Assembly (NCBI RefSeq): GCF_006345805.1
Contig: NC_043005.1
Span: forward strand, 15,624,001-15,688,000
Length of the DNA stretch: 64,000 nucleotides
DNA from: Octopus sinensis
Taxonomy: Eukaryota
Direction: 5' to 3'
A program made the position numbers and the translations under genes. Shown here piece by piece: positions 13,832 through 27,764 of this stretch (position 1 is its first letter; the number at the start of each line of letters is the position of its first letter). The notes below the pieces were generated by a model. The model saw nothing but the letters and a program-made list of their open reading frames with translations, was not told where the DNA came from and did no database searches.

Positions 13832-14781
13832 CTGCATATAGATGACCTCAAGATTTATGCTAAAAATGTTAACAATGCCAAAAAACAATTGGAATTAATA
13901 ACAACATTTTCAGCAGACATAAGAATGAAATTTGGTCAGAGGAAATGTTCTTATTTATTGTTGAACAGGGGAAATCAGTCTCCCAGACACAAAACCTGTG
14001 CATCAATGGTTTCACTATCTCTCCTCTTTCACACAAAGAATACTACAGTACCTTGGCATTGATGAAAATAATCCTACCTACCAGTTACTGTGAATCTGGA
14101 AGCACTCCGTCGGTTACGACGACGAGGGTTCCGGTTGATCCGATCAACGGAACATCCTGCTCGTGAAATTAACGTGTAAGTGGCTGAGCACTCCACAGAC
14201 ACGTGTACCCTTAACGTAGTTCTCGGGGATATTCAGCGTGACACAGAGAGTGACAAGGCTGGCCCTTTGAAATACATGTACAACAGAAACAGGAAGTAAG
14301 AGTGAGAGAAAGTTGTGGTGAAAGAGTACAGCAGGGATCACCACCCATCCCCTGCTGGAGCCTCGTGGAGCTTTTAGGTGTTTTCGCTCAATAACACTCA
14401 CAACGCCTGGTCTGGGAATCGAAACCGCGATCCTACGACCGCGAGTCCGCTGCCCTAACCACTGGGCCATTGCGCCTCTGCTTACTGTGAATAAAGATAG
14501 AGGGACCCAAGAACACAAGACCAAGGAAAATGTGGCAGTCTCAACTCTCCTCTTACAACAAGTTAATATCCCACAATGCATTTACAGTACCAGTGCTGAT
14601 TCCAATATTTGGAATATTTTACTGGTCTGTAGATGAAATCCATTCCATAGACATTAAAGCCTTCATGATTCTCACATCAACTGGAAATCTCCACAAAATA
14701 GTGATATCAACAGGTTCTACCTAAGAAGAGATAAGGAAGTAGGAGCTGGAGGTCAGTGCAGACGCTTTTGAATGTCGCACA

Positions 14782-14830
<49 letters not shown>

Positions 14831-15325
14831 ACAGCACTTGCTAAACAACAAAAACAAATACATTAACTTAGAGCTGAAAAGTGAAGTAAACAACATCCCA
14901 TGTGTTGGAATGGAGCTCCTCAGGAAGTACTCTCTCTCGTGATTACCTCCCATACAACCCCAAATCAGCTGGATTTCGGATACCTTAAAGAAGACCTGAA
15001 GATGAAACACTCAGCATACCAAAAAAAGACCATACATGGATATGTTTCTTGTAGACTCGAAGAAGATAGTAATATTGACACGAAGCAAAGCCTCTTTAGA
15101 ACTCATGATGTCATGTCACATCATACTTCAAAGGCTGTACATTTACAGTCCAAGAACAGGAAACTGCCAACTAAATATCTAATTAACAAAAGAGACAGTG
15201 AAGCCGTTGGAGTTCCAAGATACAACTGTAAATGAAGATTATGCCATATTTCCTTGAAAGACATCACACACGTGATTAACAACGGCCCAAAAATGTCAGC
15301 GAGTTATTACTACCCACTATGCAAT
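13832..15325 (+). pseudogene. Degraded R4/NeSL-like (restriction-like endonuclease) non-LTR retrotransposon ORF
   Basis: HIDDLKIYAKN..TFSADIRMKFG..KC, YLGIDEN, WQSQLSSYNKLISHNAF.VPVLIP.FGI..WS.DEI..ID.K, NSDI.RFYL.R, Y.KKTIHG, QEQE..TKYLINKRD, CK*RLCH..DITHVI..PKMSASYYYP; interrupted by a SINE and (CT)n. Confidence 0.75.
14096..14481 (-). mobile_element. Full-length SINE of the same family, inserted in the R4-like LINE
   Basis: Same sequence as 4746-5124; 11-bp TSD TTACTGTGAAT (14085-14095, 14482-14492). Confidence 0.9.
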
Positions 15326-17529
15326 ATGTATGTCTGTTATATGCGTGTATGTGTACTCAAGGCTTCCTTCAGTTTCTGTGCACCAAATCCTTTAACAAGG
15401 CTTTGTTTGGCTACAAGAAAGGCATCCAGTCATACAGAATCTGCCCCAGTAGATTCTCTCTGAGCCATGATGCAAGCAAGTGAAAGTGGATGGTGAAGAG
15501 AAGTTAATATGCACACACACAGACACACACATACACTCATGCAGTTTCTTTTGTTGACAAGGCATTGGTCATCTCAAGGCTAAAGTAGATGACACTTATC
15601 CAAGGTGCCACACAGTGGGACTGAACTCAAAACCAAGTGGTTGGGAAACAAACTTCTTTACTGCACAGCCAGGCCTCTGACTATGAATTGATGGTGATGC
15701 TTATAGCACTCAGGAAGATCATTCAACCAACCTGCCCACATCCTCTCCTCAACCCTTACCACATGCCTTGACTTGTCTCATAATTAGCCAACCAGTGAGG
15801 AGGGCACCGGTCCCTCTGTGACCGCCATGGGACTTCAGGACTGGCCTCAGTTCCTGGCATGTTGCTGGCTGCTTTGTCCTTTGTCCATTATTGTTGGCTC
15901 CATCTACCTGCACACATCCAAACATGTTGTGGCATGCCATCAACAGACACATTGTTCCTAGAATTTACAGAGGTTATTGTCCCCTTTTCCCACTATGATG
16001 TGCACTGTGCATTTGGGGGTTGACTTCTTCCCTGACTTGCACAAAGGCATGCTCTTTCTCTTCTATGAGATGCAGCGATGCAGTACATGGATGTCTCCCC
16101 TCATACTTGAATATTGCCCTGTGTGGCACTGACTCCTCAGCCTGTCTTGTCCTGGGGTGACATATTATACCAGGCAGAGTATGCAAAGAGTAGTTGGGAG
16201 CTGTGACAGGTTATATTGAGTTGAAAATGGATGTAACCATGACATGCTGCTGATCTGATGAGCAAGCCTTCTATACCTGCATTAGTTGTCAAATGTACAA
16301 TAGTACTATGTTATTTATAACATGCACAAAAGTGCAGACACGTAAAATATTTTATTATACACTTAAGTAAATCATTTCCTCATGATTTTGTTTGTGAAAC
16401 GATTGTCATCCTATAGATATCAACTGGTGACATAAATATCTCCATCTCATACCTCCTGACTTTCCTGATATTCTATATATGTATATGTATGTTTTCTATC
16501 TATTGTTCAGTTATAAAAAATCTTTGTCATAAATGCCAGACGATGTATTATAAAAGCTAAGATGCAATAATATTGGCCAAACATTAAAAAATATATCCCC
16601 AGATCTCTGTCAGACTTTCAGTTTTGTTGATGTATTAAAAAAAAAAACCCCAAAAAACCTAAGAATTTGAAGTCCCAAGAATTTTATCCTTTTTCTTTAC
16701 AGTTTGTAAATACAGTTAAACAGAAGAAAATAAAGAAATTAATAATACTCCTGTCTACAAACATTTAGAAATTCTAATCAACACTGTTTACAAAAGATTT
16801 CAAGAATATAAGGAAAGTTACCATTTGTCAAGAATATCCAATTCATTCCATCTACTGCCATGCTGGTTCTTACCTATTGCAGTATTTTATTCTTTGTTTT
16901 ACCTCATTTCTTTTGTAAGTTCTCTTATTTATCTATTCTGCAATCATTATGTATGGCTGTGTATAATGAAGAGGTTTGTTTTCAGGTCAGTTTCTACTGT
17001 ATGGTACCCTGGATTAGGGTCTTGTACAACGGTCTCAGGTCACCTAAAGTCTAAAAGTGGAACTGGATAGTTGGGGATTCTGTGGTAGCTTGTTGTAGAG
17101 TTCATTTCTGTTCCTGTTCTTGGGTGGTTGACTTTATTTATCACTTGGTTTAATCTTTTGATCCCAAACCACGTAATAACGTCACTCCTGGTTGAATCAT
17201 AGACATTCCCTGTTTTAAAATGATCTGAAGTAAAACCTGCCATCAAAATCTCATGTCATGTTCCAACATTAGCTTCATAATGACAAAGTTATTTCAATGA
17301 ATTCTTCACAACTTCCAAATTAATAGACAATGGCAGTGCATTTCAACAGAAATATGGTAGCTCAAAGTTTAACCCTTTAGTGTTCAGAATACTCTGTTAA
17401 ATGTAATACTTTTTCACTCAAATTGTTTTGAATTAATCATGCATTATCTTATAGCTTTGAGGTTTCAATGATCTGATTGTTATTTTCAGAATGGCATTGT
17501 AGGTTAGGAGTGAGAGGCTAGATATCGCC
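15154..17529 (-). repeat. Right arm (A') of the inverted duplication
   Basis: Collinear reverse complement of 1-3879, lacking the SINE and CR1 insertions. Confidence 0.95.
15700..16190 (-). mobile_element. Mirror copy of the Gypsy integrase/LTR remnant
   Basis: Reverse complement of about 2840-3330. Confidence 0.55.
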
Positions 17530-17591
17530 AGTTTGAATATAAACATGTAGAATATATTGGGCCGGATTTGGCTCGTTTAAACACTAAAGGG
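17373..17591. mobile_element. piggyBac-like non-autonomous MITE
   Basis: 12-bp TIRs CCCTTTAGTGTT / AACACTAAAGGG with TTAA on both sides (17369-17372, 17592-17595). TTAA TSD and CCC termini are piggyBac hallmarks. Confidence 0.8.
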
Positions 17592-18319
17592 TTAATGCTA
17601 TTGCAGAATTCCTGTACTGCAGTCATTTGAACTTAGTTTTCCATTTAAAGGGAGCTTGTTTGCACCATTCTTGTGAGGTTCTATGATGGCAGAACATTCT
17701 TCACCCCACCCTAACATAAAAAAGTGTTTTCTGCTGCAAAATTACAATTCTTACTCTAAATCATAATTTTCAAAAATTCCATTTAAATTTATGAACTAAA
17801 ATCAGTTTATTTCATAATAACAAACCAATTTCTTGCTATTTATTAAACTTTTGTGAAGGCTCAGGATGTTGGGTTCACAAACATAGGTTCATGGGTTCAA
17901 TTCTTAGACGGAGTGATGCACTGCATCCTTGAACAAGGAGATCCCTTTCATGACACAGCTGAAAATAAGTACCAATCCAGTGCTGGTACCTTTTTTTCAG
18001 CTGAGTATACTGGAGCTTAGTATTGGTGCAGCCCTCCTCCCTTCAGCTGTTAAATCCTTGATGTTACACTATATTAAGGGCAGGAGATCTGAGAGGATGT
18101 CTATGTCTACCTGTGACTACAGAGCAACCTAAAACAAATAAAAAAAAAAACCTGGTACATGTTACCAGGTCATATTCATTTGCCAACGACAGCTTTGCTT
18201 TATTTCCATATTATAACGAAATTCCATAATCTAATCATAATCTGTGATAATCGAGTCTTGACTTTATTACACATATAAGGATTTGTGTAGTTAATTATTG
18301 AGTCATTTTAACCCATTCA

Positions 18320-19400
18320 GAAGTGCAACAATATCAAAGGAAGGCTAACTGGGCAAATGTATGAATGTGGCAGATGCTCAGGAGCAATAACCACTGAAAA
18401 TGTGCAGAGAACAACTTCTGCCACATTCCAGGGAGAAAAACTAGAAGTAGTTGATAGCTTCCGTTACCTAGGCGACCAAGTTAGTAGCGGGAGTGGGTGC
18501 ACTGAAAGTGTAGCTACTAGAATAAGAATAAGTTGGGCAAAGTTCAGGGAGCTCTTACCTCTGCTGCTGACAAAGGGCCTCTTACTCAGAGTAAAAGGTA
18601 GACTGTAAGATGCATGTGTACGAACAGCCATGCTACATGGCAGTGAAACATGGGCCGTGACTGCTGAGGACATGTGTAAGCTCACAAGGAATGAAGCCAG
18701 TATGCTCTGCTGGATGTGTAATGTCAGTGTGCATACTTGACAGAGTGTAAGTACTTTGAGAGAAAAGTTGAACCTAAGAAGCTTCAGATGTGGTGTGCAA
18801 GAGAGACAACTGTGCTGGTGTGGTCATGTGGCAAGTATGGATGAGGGTAGCTGTGTGAAAAAGTGCCACACCCTAGCAGTTGAGGAAACCTGTGGAAGAG
18901 GTAGACCCAGGAAGACTTGGGATGAGGTGATGAAGCACGACCTTCGAACATTAGGCCTCACCGAGGCAATAACTAGTGACCGAGACCTTTGGAAATATGC
19001 TGTGCTTGAGAAGACCCGGCAATCCAATTGAGACCATAACCTGTGGCCTATGCCAGGGTGTAACCAGCCCACTTATGCATACCTTTCCTCATTAGACACT
19101 AAACTCTGCTTGCAAAAACCAGTTGAGGCAAGTGAAATCAAAATCAAAATCAAATTCGATGACTAGCATCCATGCTAGTGGAGCGCTAAGAGCACCATCC
19201 AAGCATGATCATTGCCAGAAGCAGCTGACTGGCGTCTGTGGCAGTGGCATGCAAAAAGCACCGTTCGAAGGTGATCGTTACCAGTGTCGCATTACTGGCA
19301 CTTGTGCCAGTGACACGTGAAAAAATATTCGAGTGAGGTCATTGCCAGTGCCACTGGACTGGCTCCTGTGCAGGTGGCATGTACAAAAGACCGTTTGAGA
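18320..19400 (+). mobile_element. 3' part of an RTE-X-type LINE (decayed ORF end plus repetitive 3' UTR)
   Basis: EKLEVVDSFRYLGD..RIRISWAKFRELLPLL..KGRL*DACVRTAMLHGSETW..RNEASML.WMC..W.GHV..GRGRPRKTWDEV..DL..DRDLW; stops present. Confidence 0.9.
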
Positions 19401-19580
19401 TTTATTCATGAACAAAATATATATATAGAAAAAACATATTTCTTGAAAGTAAATGTTTGAAGAGTTCCATTGACATGATTATTCAGATTTTGATGTTTTC
19501 CAAAAAAATTCCAATGATATTCACTGTTTGATTTGCATAACTAGGTGGTGCCCCATCACGGACACAGTGTCTGGCTGAAA

Positions 19581-19978
19581 TCTTTATATAAAAAGTGAAG
19601 TGAAGTTGTGTGTCTGTCTCCTACGATTTAGATTCCTAACTACTCCCACATTTTTGTGGTGCAGTTTAACCAAAACTGGTATCTTATAGTCGTGATTCAT
19701 ATCGAGCCCTTCTGGGTATTAGCGCGCGTCTACGATGAGGCTACGATTTTAAAAAAAATTTACCATAATTTTTCCATTTTAATGCATTTTTCGCTATTAT
19801 ATAAGGGAAGAAACTCTCTAAAAATATCTACGATGAGTCAACGATTTAAAAAAAAAATTTACCATAATTTTTTTTCCATTTTTAATGCATTTTTTTGCTA
19901 TTTTTTGGCTATAACTCTCTAAAAATGCTTATATAGTTATTTCCCTTAAAACACGAGCAACGCGGGCGATACTGCTAG
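19581..19978 (+). mobile_element. Helitron-like element H6
   Basis: A|TC...CTAG|T, same family as H1. Confidence 0.85.
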
Positions 19979-20469
19979 TTGGTAATAAAATACTAGAGAG
20001 GAGAAGAATAGAATAACTATTCACAGTATAATATTTTAAAGATGTTTTTAAAATAATTGATAAACATTTTCATTTTTTCAAATTATTTGTCAGATACCCA
20101 GGCCAGAGAATGGGATGTGGAAATTTGTTACACCGAGGCACATAAGTTTTCAGTTCACCTACTTTGAACTCGAAATTTTTAAAACCATAGCCTGTCCAAG
20201 CAAAGCAGAACTGTTACGAAACTGAAATGACTTGGCCAACGAAACAAAACCAAATTTTATTAAAGTTAATCCATCTAAGGAGTTCCAGGTAAATTAAAAT
20301 AAACACACATACACACATGGACACACATACACACGTGCATGCGCACGTGCGCACACACACAGATTCTATTACTCCTGTGTCATTAAGAATATGGTATTTT
20401 TTAAAAGAAATAAGCTGAAACAGTAATTATGTATTTTATATGAGCAGTATGTCCCTATTAAATTTCACA

Positions 20470-20569
20470 NNNNNNNNNNNNNNNNNNNNNNNNNNNNNNN
20501 NNNNNNNNNNNNNNNNNNNNNNNNNNNNNNNNNNNNNNNNNNNNNNNNNNNNNNNNNNNNNNNNNNNNN
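20470..20569. other. Assembly gap (100 N)
   Basis: Run of N. Confidence 1.
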
Positions 20570-20889
20570 GTCCATGTTTATTGTATCGTCTTCTATGAGT
20601 TATACGTTCTTGTCCATGTTGTATTTTTCTACATACCCTAATATATATATGTATATATATATATATAATATATATATATATAGAAAGAGAGAGAAATAAA
20701 TATTGACATACATACAGCTACAAATTTAATATAAGTACATCTTGCTCATCCGAATGCGCGCGTGCACACACTCACACACAGGAGGGTGGAGGCTTACAGC
20801 GCGCCGATGATCAACTTGGAATGTCTATCTAGCCTTGGTGCAGTCCCTGTACTATGGTTGGACAGTTGTTGATTATGTTGGTTCAGACA

Positions 20890-21700
20890 CCTTTAAATAC
20901 ACTTTGTTTTGCACTGCTGGTTTCGAGCATTTCTCCGCTGCAGGTTCGCCTGGCGGGGTTGTCCTTTATCTTGTTGGTGATTCAATTAAATCACAGGTGT
21001 AACTGACACTAGTTTTGTTGCAAAAATGTCTCCAGCTCACTCAATTCCATTTATACGAAATATTTGTCAAGCAATGGCACTATTGTCACTGAATGCACTT
21101 CTAACTGTAGTGCTCACCTAATGGAAATGGTCTCGACGTTTTTTTTTAGCGAACTATTACAAAGTAATATTGAACAGTCACTCTCAAGCAAAATCCTATA
21201 TCGGTGCGAGACAAAAATATCTTAGTCAAGATGTTTCTCTCAGAGAAATTCTTTACTGAACCCCAAAAGAGAAAACACTCGACTGATCTTTCCAGATATA
21301 TTTGGAGATTAAAGGAAACTTGTGACAATATCTTTTAATTTAACTTGGATCTATTTTTTTCTTTTATGTTTTTTTTATGAGCATGCTAAAAGCAGAAAAA
21401 AGTTGAGCTGTCATTTATGCTTAACCGATAAGGTTTTTAATATCATCATAGAACGGAAAGAACTAGAATTGAAGAAATGCTATTCTTTGTAATTGTTAGC
21501 ATAAAGCAAAATAGCTGATGTGCAATTTTCCAAAAAACGGATACAAGATAGTTAACAAGTTTCTGAATTCTTTGTTTCCATTTTCATTTCCTTTTTTTTT
21601 TTTTTTTACCTATATCTATTTCTTTCTTCTTACCTATATCTATTCTTTGCTTTAGTCACACTTTGTTTTGCACTGCTGGTTTCGAGCATTATTGTGTCTC
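20890..21700 (-). mobile_element. Possible degraded Penelope-like element
   Basis: 33-bp direct repeat ACACTTTGTTTTGCACTGCTGGTTTCGAGCATT at about 20898 and 21658; minus-strand remnants KTSRP..EH and NSAIA resembling the GIY-YIG region. Confidence 0.3.
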
Positions 21701-21916
21701 TTTGAATGAAGAGCGAGTTATGAGCGTATTCTCTCACTATATACTTCATTATTCTCTTTTTCTATCACAATCGGTTTTCTCTCCATCTTTTCTTTTTTTA
21801 ATCTTACCTTCATATTGTAGTATTTTGTAGATCTAAGCATGACTCACGTTTTCTGAATGAACAAAAATACCGGCAAGCATTCTGATTAAATCAGAATACC
21901 ATTATTTATATTGTTA

Positions 21917-22293
21917 TCTTTATATATAAAACTAAAGTTGTGTGTCTGTCTCCTACGATTTAGATTCCTAACTACTCCCACATTTTGCGGTGCAGTTTAA
22001 CCAAAACCGGGTATCTTATAGTCGTGATTCATATCGAGCCCTTCTGGGTATTAGCGCGCGTCTACGATGAGTCTACGATTTAAAAATAAAATTACCATCA
22101 TTTTTTTCCATTTTAATGCATTTTTTCGCTATTATATAAGGGAAGTAACTCTCTAAAAATGTCTACGATGAGTCAACGATTTAAAAAAAATTTACCATCA
22201 TTTTTTTTTGCTATTTTTTGGCTATAACTCTCTAAAAATGCTTATATAGTTATTTCCCTTACAAACCCGAGCAACGCCGGGCGATACTGCTAG
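21917..22293 (+). mobile_element. Helitron-like element H7
   Basis: A|TC...CTAG|T, same family as H1. Confidence 0.85.
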
Positions 22294-23755
22294 TTCCTTA
22301 TATTTTAGTTAGTTGATTTTATCCTTCTACAAGCTCCAATCAAATTTGGTTTACGTTTTATACCTCAGATTTCATTCGACGATCAGAAGCATAAAACTTA
22401 GAATCATGAACGATGAGGTTTCAGCTTTAATACATTACAACTTGATTTTCAATATTGAATACCTTCTCTTTTACTTACACTGAAGTCTTTACATTCAAGT
22501 GTTTACACACAACACACAGGCACACTCAGAGACATACCCATATTTCTTTATAGGTTTCAGTCTCTGAACTGCGTCTGTGTGTTTGATTGGATGGAGTATA
22601 GTAACATAGGGCTTCTTGAATATTTGATGCAATCTTTTTTTAGTTTAGTTTAACTGTGTCACCTGGTTAGTTTACTGCTGCAAAGTTCGCTTCGACTATC
22701 ACCTTCAGCGCCAGTTTATTGAAAGCTGTATAGATTTATCTTTTGTGTATTTTCAATGTTCGCACACTCTCGTTCTTTGAAATTATGTGGTCGTCAAGTC
22801 TAAACGGAACTACACTAATGTCAGTAAAGGAGCTCTCCATTTTGCTGGTCAAGAACAAGCCTTGAAATGATGATTCAGCTACATAAAAGCTACCCATTCC
22901 ACTCAGTTGACTCATACAGGAAACGATTAATTACAGCGTGCATCTATCTGTCTGTTAGTCTGTCTATTTATCTATCTATCAACACAAATACGTTTTCTTT
23001 TATTTTACATGCAGCTTGCATTGTAGGGCATCGTTCAACAGCTGGCAACCGGAAGTAACAGTGACCGGCAAGTTCCGGCAGAGTCGCACTCACAAGCGAT
23101 GCTGAACAGTATGGATGCTACCAGGAAATAGCCCAAGTTCTTTCAAGCCAAGTTCTTTCAACCCAAAGTGTAGCAGGCTTTTCCATCTGCGTTATCACTG
23201 CAGTCACAACATCAAAAACAGAGCAATTGTAACTAACTCCAGCCATTCAGCAACAATCCTGTTTCACAACTTGGTGTGGATTTTAGGAGAGTAGGATGTG
23301 ATTTGAGGGAGATATGATTTCTATTTCTAGCACATCGAAGGTCACGTAGATATATGTGAATGCGTGTGTGTGTGTATGTGTGTGTGTGTGTGTGTGCGTG
23401 TGTGTGTGTGTGTGTGTGCGCTCGTGTATAGTTGGGCTTTAATTGTTTGAAGTATTTATGTAAAGGAAACATTTCTCTACGAACATTGATATTTAGGCAA
23501 TTAAGTGTATATATATATATATATAAGTTTGTACAAAGCATGCGCTATGTTGTTTGGTATATTTGTGCATATATATATATATGGGTGCGCATCTATGTAT
23601 TTAAATACGTATGAATCTATGTATATAGGAATGATGAATGTACGTATGTTATTAGGTTTATAAGGATCCGAGTAGAATGTTTGGAATTTGTATAGTAATA
23701 CATTTATGAAAGGGCTACATACGTTCATCTCCTGTCCCCTCTCCTCCCTCATATG

Positions 23756-23792
<37 letters not shown>

Positions 23793-23810
23793 CAACATAG
23801 ACATGTGTTG

Positions 23811-23849
<39 letters not shown>

Positions 23850-24516
23850 ACATAGACATGTGTTGTATGTATGAAATTATATTTAAAAAATGGATCTCGG
23901 TTGGTTTCAACGATGAGTAATCTAGTTGTTCGCTCAACTACACTGGCTGTTCAGTGTACCATTCTGTAAACAACTGATTATTCCACTAACGTAATTCTCT
24001 GGCAGAACCAGCATGACACAGTGTGTGAAAGACAAAGCTGGCCTTATGAATTACGGATGCAATCCATTCAACGGATGTTCACTCACTTACCAGGCCGGGG
24101 ACGACCCAATAATTTAATAAAAGACACAAGCCATAAATGTCACGTAGTGAGATCGAACATGAAACCTCATATATCTGAGGTGCACGTTTTAAGTACTCGT
24201 CCGTTTTCTTCTATGAATTTTGCATCTTCAAGTGTAATCTTAAAATTCTATAGATAGTCATCACCATTTGATCAAATATACTTCATTAACATTTCCTAGT
24301 ATTCTCTGAATAAGTTAAATTCCATTTTGATGGATCTGAACATTCTCTGCGAGTACATTTATATAAACGGGTATGGCCAGGGGATTAAGCCATTGCCTGC
24401 CATTGACCCCATTTGGGGATCTGCTAAAAACAGTTTCACTGCCAGTTGTTCGTTGTATTCAAAGGGGATTGCTTATGTGCATTGCATTTGCAGAGGTTTA
24501 CTCTTTTATTTTACGC

Positions 24517-25107
24517 TTTTACTTGTTTTGGCTGTGGCCATACTGGAGCACCACCTCTAGTCGAGCAAATCGACCCCAGGATTTATTCTTTGGAAGGCTA
24601 GTACTTATTCCATCGGTCTTTTTTGCCGAACCGCTAAGTTACGGGGACGTAAACACACCAGCATCGGTTGTCAAGCGATGTTGGTGGGACAAACACAGAC
24701 ATACAAACACACACGCACACACACACACACACACACAACACACACACAAACATATATATATATACTCTGCGATGACATCCCTCACGCCGGACTTCTTTCT
24801 GATGATCTCGCTACTGATGTGCTCTCTCAACGAGATACCAAGTAGAGTATACACGCAGCAAGTTTAGACGGGCTGGACACGTCACCCGGCTCACCGATAA
24901 TCGTTGGACCCGCGCAGTTGTCGAGTGGTACCCGCGCGAGCGGAAACGACCACCCGGAAGGCCACCACGACGGTGGAGTTACGATTTCAGGAACACGATT
25001 GGGATCACGTGGATGAGAAAGGCGCGATCCAGAGAAGAGTGGACAGCGTGCTGTGACTAGCGGTGTCAAATGGACGCCTGACGGACTGGTCGGTCAAGGT
25101 GATCAAG

Positions 25108-25158
<51 letters not shown>

Positions 25159-25320
25159 GATGGGCTTTTTTCAGTTTCCGTCTACTAAATCCACTCACAA
25201 GGCTTTGGTCGGGCCCGAGGCTATAGTAGAAGACACTTGCCCAAAGTGCCAAGCAGTGGGAATGAACCCAGAACCATGTGGTTGGTAAGCAAGCTACCTA
25301 CCACACAGCCACTCCTACGC
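24517..25320 (-). mobile_element. CORE-type SINE split at its internal (TA)n by an RTE insertion
   Basis: Tail half 24517-24764, head half 25112-25320. Confidence 0.85.
24765..25111 (+). mobile_element. 5'-truncated, 5'-inverted RTE-clade LINE 3' end
   Basis: 24845-25060 (+) EYTRSKFRRAGHVTRLTDNRWTRAVVEWYPRERKRPPGRPPRRW..TWMRKARSREEW; 24765-24844 (-) LGISLREHISSEIIRKKSGVRDVIAE; (TCAAGGTGA)2 tail. Confidence 0.88.
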
Positions 25321-25879
25321 CGATTTGTTAAACAATATTTAGTAGTTAATGTTTGTTATTATTGGCTCTGGCTAATTCCAGGACATTTTATGTAAAAAAT
25401 CGCAAATTTTGAACTTCAAAATTATTGATTGTTTTGAAAAGGTTTTTTCGTTTTTCGCATTTTACATCTATATCAGTCATTGATATTTCATACACATTCG
25501 CATTTGATAATATAGTTTTCGTAAAAAAAAAAAGCACCACTAAAATGTTTATTATTGCAATTGAATAGAAAAGTATAAATATGCTTTTTTCTCAGTGATC
25601 CCCCAGAACCACGTTTAAAGGTTGGCGAGTCTGTGGCGAGCTCACTTGTACCTGTTTTTCAAAGGGCCCTCGTCACCACACTCTTTGTCTCGTCGAATTT
25701 CCCCGAGAACCACGTTTAAGGGTAGGTGAGTCTGGAGTACTCAGCCTCTTGTACATTAATTTCCTGAGCAGGCTGTTCCGTTGATCGGATTCACAGGAAG
25801 ACTCGTTGTTGTAACCGACGGAGTGTCAGTTTTAGCATATATATGTATGTGTGTGCGTATCTTTTTCTTTTTCTTTTTC

Positions 25880-26270
25880 TCTTGTTTCAGTCATTTTGAC
25901 TGCGGCCATGCTTGAGCACCGCCTTTAATCGAGCAACTCGACCCCGGGACTTATTCTTTGTAAGCCCAGTACTTATTCTATCGGTCTCTTTTGCCGAACC
26001 GCTAAGTGACAGGGACATAAACACACCAGCATCGGTTGTCAAGCAATGCTAGGGGTACAAACACAGACACACAAACATACACGCACATACATATACATAC
26101 ATATATACGACGGGCTTCTTTCAGTTTCCGTCTACCAAATCCACTCACAAGGCTTTGGTCAGCCCGAGGCTATAGTAGAAGACACTTGCCCAAGGTGCCA
26201 CGCAGTGGGACTGAACCTGGAACCATGTGGTTGGTAAACAAGTTACTTACCACACAGCCACTCCTGCGCC
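25880..26270 (-). mobile_element. CORE-type SINE
   Basis: Same family as 1059-1457. Confidence 0.9.
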
Positions 26271-26873
26271 TATATGTAATTGTATATGTAATTATATGTA
26301 ATTATATTTAGCGCAACTTAAAAAAAATAGCAATGGAGAAGTTAGAAAAAATAAATTACACTAAAATAAGGGATTACTGTAACTCGATGTAATCGACTAA
26401 GCCCCTACAGTTCAATGACTAAAACTGTTAAAAGAATGTGTGCGTATATGAATATGTGCATTTCTTTAAACTCAGATTTAATTATATTGCATTAAAACTG
26501 TGAACCGAGAAAATGGCGATAGATTTACGAAACGGTAGTGCGCCATACCAAATGGCTTAACGGTGTCAAACCTAGTTAACATCATTCTACGTTCTGATTA
26601 TTGAAGGCTTGCGACGATCTGTCCTTTTTTATTATCCTTCTGTTTAGAAAGCCCTTAAAGTAAGGACCAGTTACGTTACTGAAGACAAATCGGTTATACA
26701 ACTCCCCACCACAAATTTAGGGTTCTGTAAATATGTGAGGAAACACATTAATGTCAACTGAAATAACAGTCTTTCCCCTCATTTAGCTGTAACAACATCA
26801 AAGGGAAAGACAGGTTGGAATGGGAGAAGGAAAATAGTGGATAGGCAGGTGCGATAGTATACGACTGTGTGTA

Positions 26874-27385
<512 letters not shown>

Positions 27386-27764
27386 CATCTCCCGAAATTA
27401 ACAAATTAATCTGGACAGCTGGTACATACTATGTAAATGTAAGCTCGTTGCGCATACATGTATGTATGTATGTATGTATGTATGTATGTATGTATGTATG
27501 TATGTATGTATGTGTGCTCCACCACCGCTTGGCAACCAGCATTGGTTTGTTTACGTTCCTGTAATTTGGTGGTTCAGCAAAAGAGACTGATAGAATAAGT
27601 ACCAGGCTACAAAAAACCAAAAAAAAAAAGGATATGTACTAGGATCGATTTGTTCGATCAGTCCCTAGTTTGGCTGCTGCCCAATCAGTGAAACAAGTAA
27701 CAGAATGTATATTTAAGTTCTTATTTACATTCCTTTCATGTATAAATATATAAGATGGTTAAGG

